Below, one piece after another: positions 54,649 through 57,126 of a DNA stretch of 57,126 bases. Origin of the DNA: Eubacteriales bacterium. Lineage in GTDB: Bacteria > Bacillota > Clostridia > Oscillospirales > CAG-272. Made by a program: the position numbers and the translations under genes. The notes beneath the pieces were generated by a model. That model saw only the letters and a program-made list of their open reading frames with translations, ran no database searches and had not been told where the DNA came from. Each line of letters opens with the position of its first letter. Positions within the stretch are counted from its first letter, which is position 1. The DNA lies in assembly GCA_045656885.1 (NCBI GenBank), contig JAZORZ010000056.1, positions 1 through 57,126 on the forward strand. Direction: 5' to 3'.

Positions 54649-55362
54649 ATGAAGATTTCTGTTTGCATTCCAATGTATAACGAAAACCGCGTGATTGCGC
54701 AGAGCGCAAAAACGCTTTCCGAATATATGCAAGCAAATTTTGAGGACTATGAAATTGTATTTTGCAGCGACGGCAGTAAAGACGGTTGCGATGAGACTGT
54801 TCGCACCCTGAATCTCCCTAACGTCCGTGTCATTGGTTACGAACAGAACCAAGGAAAGGGCTGTGCAGTTCGCACCGCAATGCTGGCGGCTACGGGTGAC
54901 GTGCGTATGTTCACCGATGCTGACCTCGCCTATGGCGTTGACGTTATCAAGCAGGTAGCCGATGCATTCGAGGCAAATCCCGATGCCGACCTCGTAATCG
55001 GCTCGCGTAACCTCGATAAAAAGGGATACGAGGGCTACACGCTCCTGCGCAAAATTATGTCCAAGGTTTATATCAAGGTGCTCTGCATCGCGGGTGGCTT
55101 TAAGCTTTCCGATTCGCAGTGCGGCTGCAAGGCGTTCACAGGTGAGGCGACCGAAAAGATCTTCTCGCGTTGCGAGGTTAACAGTTTTGCCTTCGACTTT
55201 GAGGCAATTTTGTGGGCGGTGAAGATGAAAATGAAGATCGTCGAGATCCCCGTGCACGTCATCAATCACGGCGAATCCAAGGTCCGCATCATTCGCGACA
55301 CCCTCAAAATGCTGCGCGATCTGACCAAAATGAAGAGAAGAATCCGCAAAACACCGGTGTGA
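54649..55362 (+). CDS. Family 2 glycosyltransferase (polyprenyl-phosphate glycosyltransferase-like)
   Basis: 237 aa. SVCIPMYNE, CSDGSKD, FTDADL (DXD) and QCGCKAF motifs. Confidence 0.88.
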   Translation: MKISVCIPMYNENRVIAQSAKTLSEYMQANFEDYEIVFCSDGSKDGCDETVRTLNLPNVRVIGYEQNQGKGCAVRTAMLAATGDVRMFTDADLAYGVDVIKQVADAFEANPDADLVIGSRNLDKKGYEGYTLLRKIMSKVYIKVLCIAGGFKLSDSQCGCKAFTGEATEKIFSRCEVNSFAFDFEAILWAVKMKMKIVEIPVHVINHGESKVRIIRDTLKMLRDLTKMKRRIRKTPV

Positions 55363-55847
55363 TGAAAAAATTAAAATACGGTTGGGCAGATTATTCCAAG
55401 GATCACCGCGAGGTAGTAGAATCCTTTTTGGATGATGAAGCCATCAAAAGCACAGGTTGCGATGATGGATTTGAAGCGTTCTATACCTATTGGATGAGTG
55501 AAGCGGATACGCGGCTCAACAAAAACTTTTGGTTCAAAGTTATATCTACAGACCAAAAGCCAATAGCGATTATTGCGATTGCAAAGTCACCGCAAAATGA
55601 ATTTACTGTGTCCGAGTTTATCATTGCTCCGAGCGAGCGAAAGAAAGGGCACGGCAAAGCAATTTTGAAAGAACTGTTGTCAAACTCCAGTACTATTTTA
55701 GGTGAGAGGATAGATCTTGCGCGAGCGGTTATCTTTCCAAGTAACATTGCAAGTCAAAAGGCATTTGCGGGGGCGGGCTTTGATTTTTCCTTTACACATC
55801 CCGACGGAGACGCTTTATATTTCGAATTTATCTCACATAAACGCTAA
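55362..55847 (+). CDS. GNAT family acetyltransferase (low GC)
   Basis: ATG at 55362 overlaps the upstream TGA. ERKKGHGKAILKELL acetyl-CoA-binding-type motif. Confidence 0.65.
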   Translation: MKKLKYGWADYSKDHREVVESFLDDEAIKSTGCDDGFEAFYTYWMSEADTRLNKNFWFKVISTDQKPIAIIAIAKSPQNEFTVSEFIIAPSERKKGHGKAILKELLSNSSTILGERIDLARAVIFPSNIASQKAFAGAGFDFSFTHPDGDALYFEFISHKR

Positions 55848-55849
55848 TA

Positions 55850-55886
55850 AAAAACGACAGAGAACTCAAATCCCTGTCGTTTTTCT
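55850..55886 (+). terminator. Possible terminator after the GNAT gene
   Basis: aaaacgacag-(13-nt loop agaactcaaatcc)-ctgtcgtttt followed by a T-rich run. The loop is unusually large. Confidence 0.5.
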
Positions 55887-55890
55887 TTTT

Positions 55891-55909
55891 CATCGGAGAG
55901 TCAGAACTC
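55891..55909 (-). repeat. Direct partial copy of the tRNA-Lys T-arm/acceptor junction
   Basis: catcggagagtcagaactc versus catcggagagtc-gaactc at 56140-56157 (18 of 19 positions, one indel). Confidence 0.7.
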
Positions 55910-55949
55910 AAACCTGCGCTTTCATTTAGCATTATTCATTTGCGGGAAG

Positions 55950-56079
55950 GAGAGGTTCGCAAAAGTGCGAATATCCTTCGCCTTGCCATCGGCTCGCGAG
56001 CGGCCGCTGCTCTGCGGCGAGGATGCGAACTCCAGCAATGCGACGGGCGAGCCGCCGCATTGCGGTGTGCTCCTTTGGA
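55950..56079. repeat. GC-rich hairpin-repeat segment downstream of tRNA-Lys
   Basis: Hairpins ttcgca-aaag-tgcgaa and gcaatgcg...cgcattgc. The motif ggatgcgaactcc is related to ggaatgcgaacc at 41298. Confidence 0.55.
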
Positions 56080-56144
56080 CGATGGGTCACCAATAAAGAA
56101 GGGATACTGCAACGCAGTATCCCTTCTTTATTGGTGACCCATCG
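56080..56144. repeat. 31-bp perfect inverted repeat (3-nt loop) combining the tRNA-Lys terminator with an inverted copy of the tRNA 3' end
   Basis: cgatgggtcaccaataaagaagggatactgc-aac-gcagtatcccttctttattggtgacccatcg. The right arm includes the last 13 nt of the tRNA plus CCA. Confidence 0.9.
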
Positions 56145-56207
56145 GAGAGTCGAACTCCGGACACCATGATTAAAAGTCATGTGCTCTGCCATCTGAGCTA
56201 ATGGGTC
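56132..56207 (-). tRNA. tRNA-Lys (anticodon TTT)
   Basis: 76-nt cloverleaf: acceptor GACCCAT/ATGGGTC, D stem GCTC/GAGC, anticodon arm CATGA-CTTTTAA-TCATG, T arm CGGAG-TTCGACT-CTCCG, encoded CCA. Confidence 0.93.
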
Positions 56208-56400
56208 ATCTGTATTACCAAAATATTATATCACACTTTGTCCATTTTGTCAATCTTTTTTGTTTCGTCAAAAGCACAAAAGAAAAAGTATTTCAATCTC
56301 TTTCCATTGTTTAATTTTATTATTCCACGTCTTTTTGTAATGCTTGCAATGCAAGTTTTAAAAAATATGAAAAATTTTTTCTGTTTTTTTCAAAAAGCTC

Positions 56401-56429
56401 TTGACAAGAGGACAAGTTCATGGTATAAT
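56401..56429 (+). promoter_or_regulatory. Consensus promoter of rplJ, preceded by an A/T-rich UP-like region
   Basis: TTGACA (56401-56406), 17-nt spacer, TATAAT (56424-56429). Confidence 0.8.
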
Positions 56430-56435
56430 ATATGC

Positions 56436-56595
56436 CGTTATCCAAAGACAGCAGGTTCCGGTAAAAGCGAAGGCTTTCCTGCCGAGGAGAAAATTGATTT
56501 GCAATAGTTGTGATGAGATCTTTCTGTTCGGTGGAGTATGCTTGCCGGAAGAAAGATTTTTTTATTCGCTCAATTCTATTGGGAGGTGAAACGAA
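56436..56595 (+). promoter_or_regulatory. Ribosomal protein L10 leader (autoregulatory attenuator)
   Basis: About 160-nt structured 5' UTR ending in hairpin atctttct...agaaagat followed by T7, just before the GGGAGG RBS. Position and layout match the Firmicute L10 leader. Confidence 0.7.
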
Positions 56596-57117
56596 ATGCC
56601 CAGCAATTCCATTCTCGTTCAGAAGCAGCAGCTCGTTGCTGATCTTGCAGAGCAACTCAAGAATTCCGTAGCAGGCGTTGTGGTTAACTACCAGGGTATC
56701 ACGGTAGAAAACGACACCGCAATGCGTAAGGCACTCCGTCAAGCAGGCGTGAAGTACGTTGTCATGAAGAACACCATGACCGGCAGAGCTTGCGAAATGG
56801 TTGGCTACGGAGATATGAAGCAGTACCTTACCGGTATGACCGCTATTGCAATCAGCGAAAACGATCCCGTTGCAGCCGCAAAGGTTCTGAAGCAATATGC
56901 CGAGAAGGTTGAGTCCTTCAACATTCTGGCAGGTTACGTGGACGGCGCTGTGATCGATGCAAACACGGTAAATGCGTTGGCAGAGATCCCGAACAAGGAA
57001 ACGCTTATCGCAAAGTTCCTTGGCTCCATCCAGTCTCCTCTGTACAAGTTCGCATATGCGATCAAGGCAGTGGTGGACAAAGAAAACGGTGGCGAAGAGG
57101 CTCCCGCAGAGGCTTGA
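56596..57117 (+). CDS. rplJ: 50S ribosomal protein L10
   Basis: 173 aa. The typical L10 sequence (KQQLVADLAEQLKNSVAGVVVNYQGITVE...) follows the L10 leader. Confidence 0.95.
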   Translation: MPSNSILVQKQQLVADLAEQLKNSVAGVVVNYQGITVENDTAMRKALRQAGVKYVVMKNTMTGRACEMVGYGDMKQYLTGMTAIAISENDPVAAAKVLKQYAEKVESFNILAGYVDGAVIDANTVNALAEIPNKETLIAKFLGSIQSPLYKFAYAIKAVVDKENGGEEAPAEA

Positions 57118-57126
57118 TCAAAAAGC

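Noticed and set aside
120-56079. Possibility that the recurring GC-rich hairpins represent a CRISPR array or CRISPR remnants
   Set aside because: The copies are dispersed singly or in inverted pairs across 56 kb, and they differ in sequence. They lack regularly spaced unique spacers, and no cas genes are present.
55932-56192. 86-aa minus-strand and 65-aa plus-strand ORFs between the GNAT gene and tRNA-Lys
   Set aside because: They overlap the tRNA-Lys gene and the GC-rich hairpin repeats. Their Arg/Ala-rich translation is typical of repeat read-through, and there is no RBS.
56238-56400. A/T-rich 160-bp tract upstream of the rplJ promoter as a possible sRNA or small-gene locus (track ORF 56238..56507)
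   Set aside because: Its composition and position fit an UP-element/curved-DNA region of a strong ribosomal-protein promoter. The 89-aa ORF runs through the promoter and the L10 leader and has no RBS.

Overview
Chromosomal window from a spore-forming Clostridia-type Firmicute. This is inferred from gene content (dpaAB, spoVB-like, SpoIVFB-like M50 protease, V-type ATPase, addAB) and the roughly 50-55% GC backbone seen by eye. Most of it is ordinary housekeeping sequence. In order: a DltC-like carrier / MBOAT / VanZ / SGNH-like / lipoprotein operon; a small low-GC patch (CHAP amidase plus an unknown ORF); a complete 9-gene V-type ATPase operon; a self-contained low-GC cassette of two tandem MutS-domain-V-only ATPases; spoVB-like flippase; a dinB-murE-racemase-(truncated ATP-grasp) operon; a lipoprotein; two GNATs; a T-box-controlled Na+/solute symporter; truB, nitroreductase, trmB; an orphan ACP; comEC; dpaA/dpaB; M50 peptidase; alpha/beta hydrolase; a 1183-aa BNR/sialidase-like surface protein; tRNA(CAT); an LRR lipoprotein; queG-addB-addA; htrA plus an OmpR/HK two-component pair; rlmA-like methyltransferase, GT2, GNAT; tRNA-Lys; and the L10 leader plus rplJ. 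No CRISPR array, transposase, integrase, reverse transcriptase or rRNA was seen. The items most worth a second look are: (1) the tandem MutS-like ATPase cassette with its own consensus promoter and terminator; (2) both tRNA genes embedded in long palindromes that contain inverted copies of their own 3' ends, plus a direct T-arm repeat at tRNA-Lys; (3) a family of GC-rich two-hairpin intergenic repeats showing compensatory substitutions, with one copy inside a T-box-regulated 5' UTR; (4) the DltA-less carrier/MBOAT operon, whose SGNH-like partner has Cys at the nucleophile position; (5) a MurE with DNPG instead of DNPR next to an Asp/Glu-family racemase and a truncated D-Asp-ligase-like fragment. 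All functional calls rest on motif recognition by eye, and none has been verified by database search.
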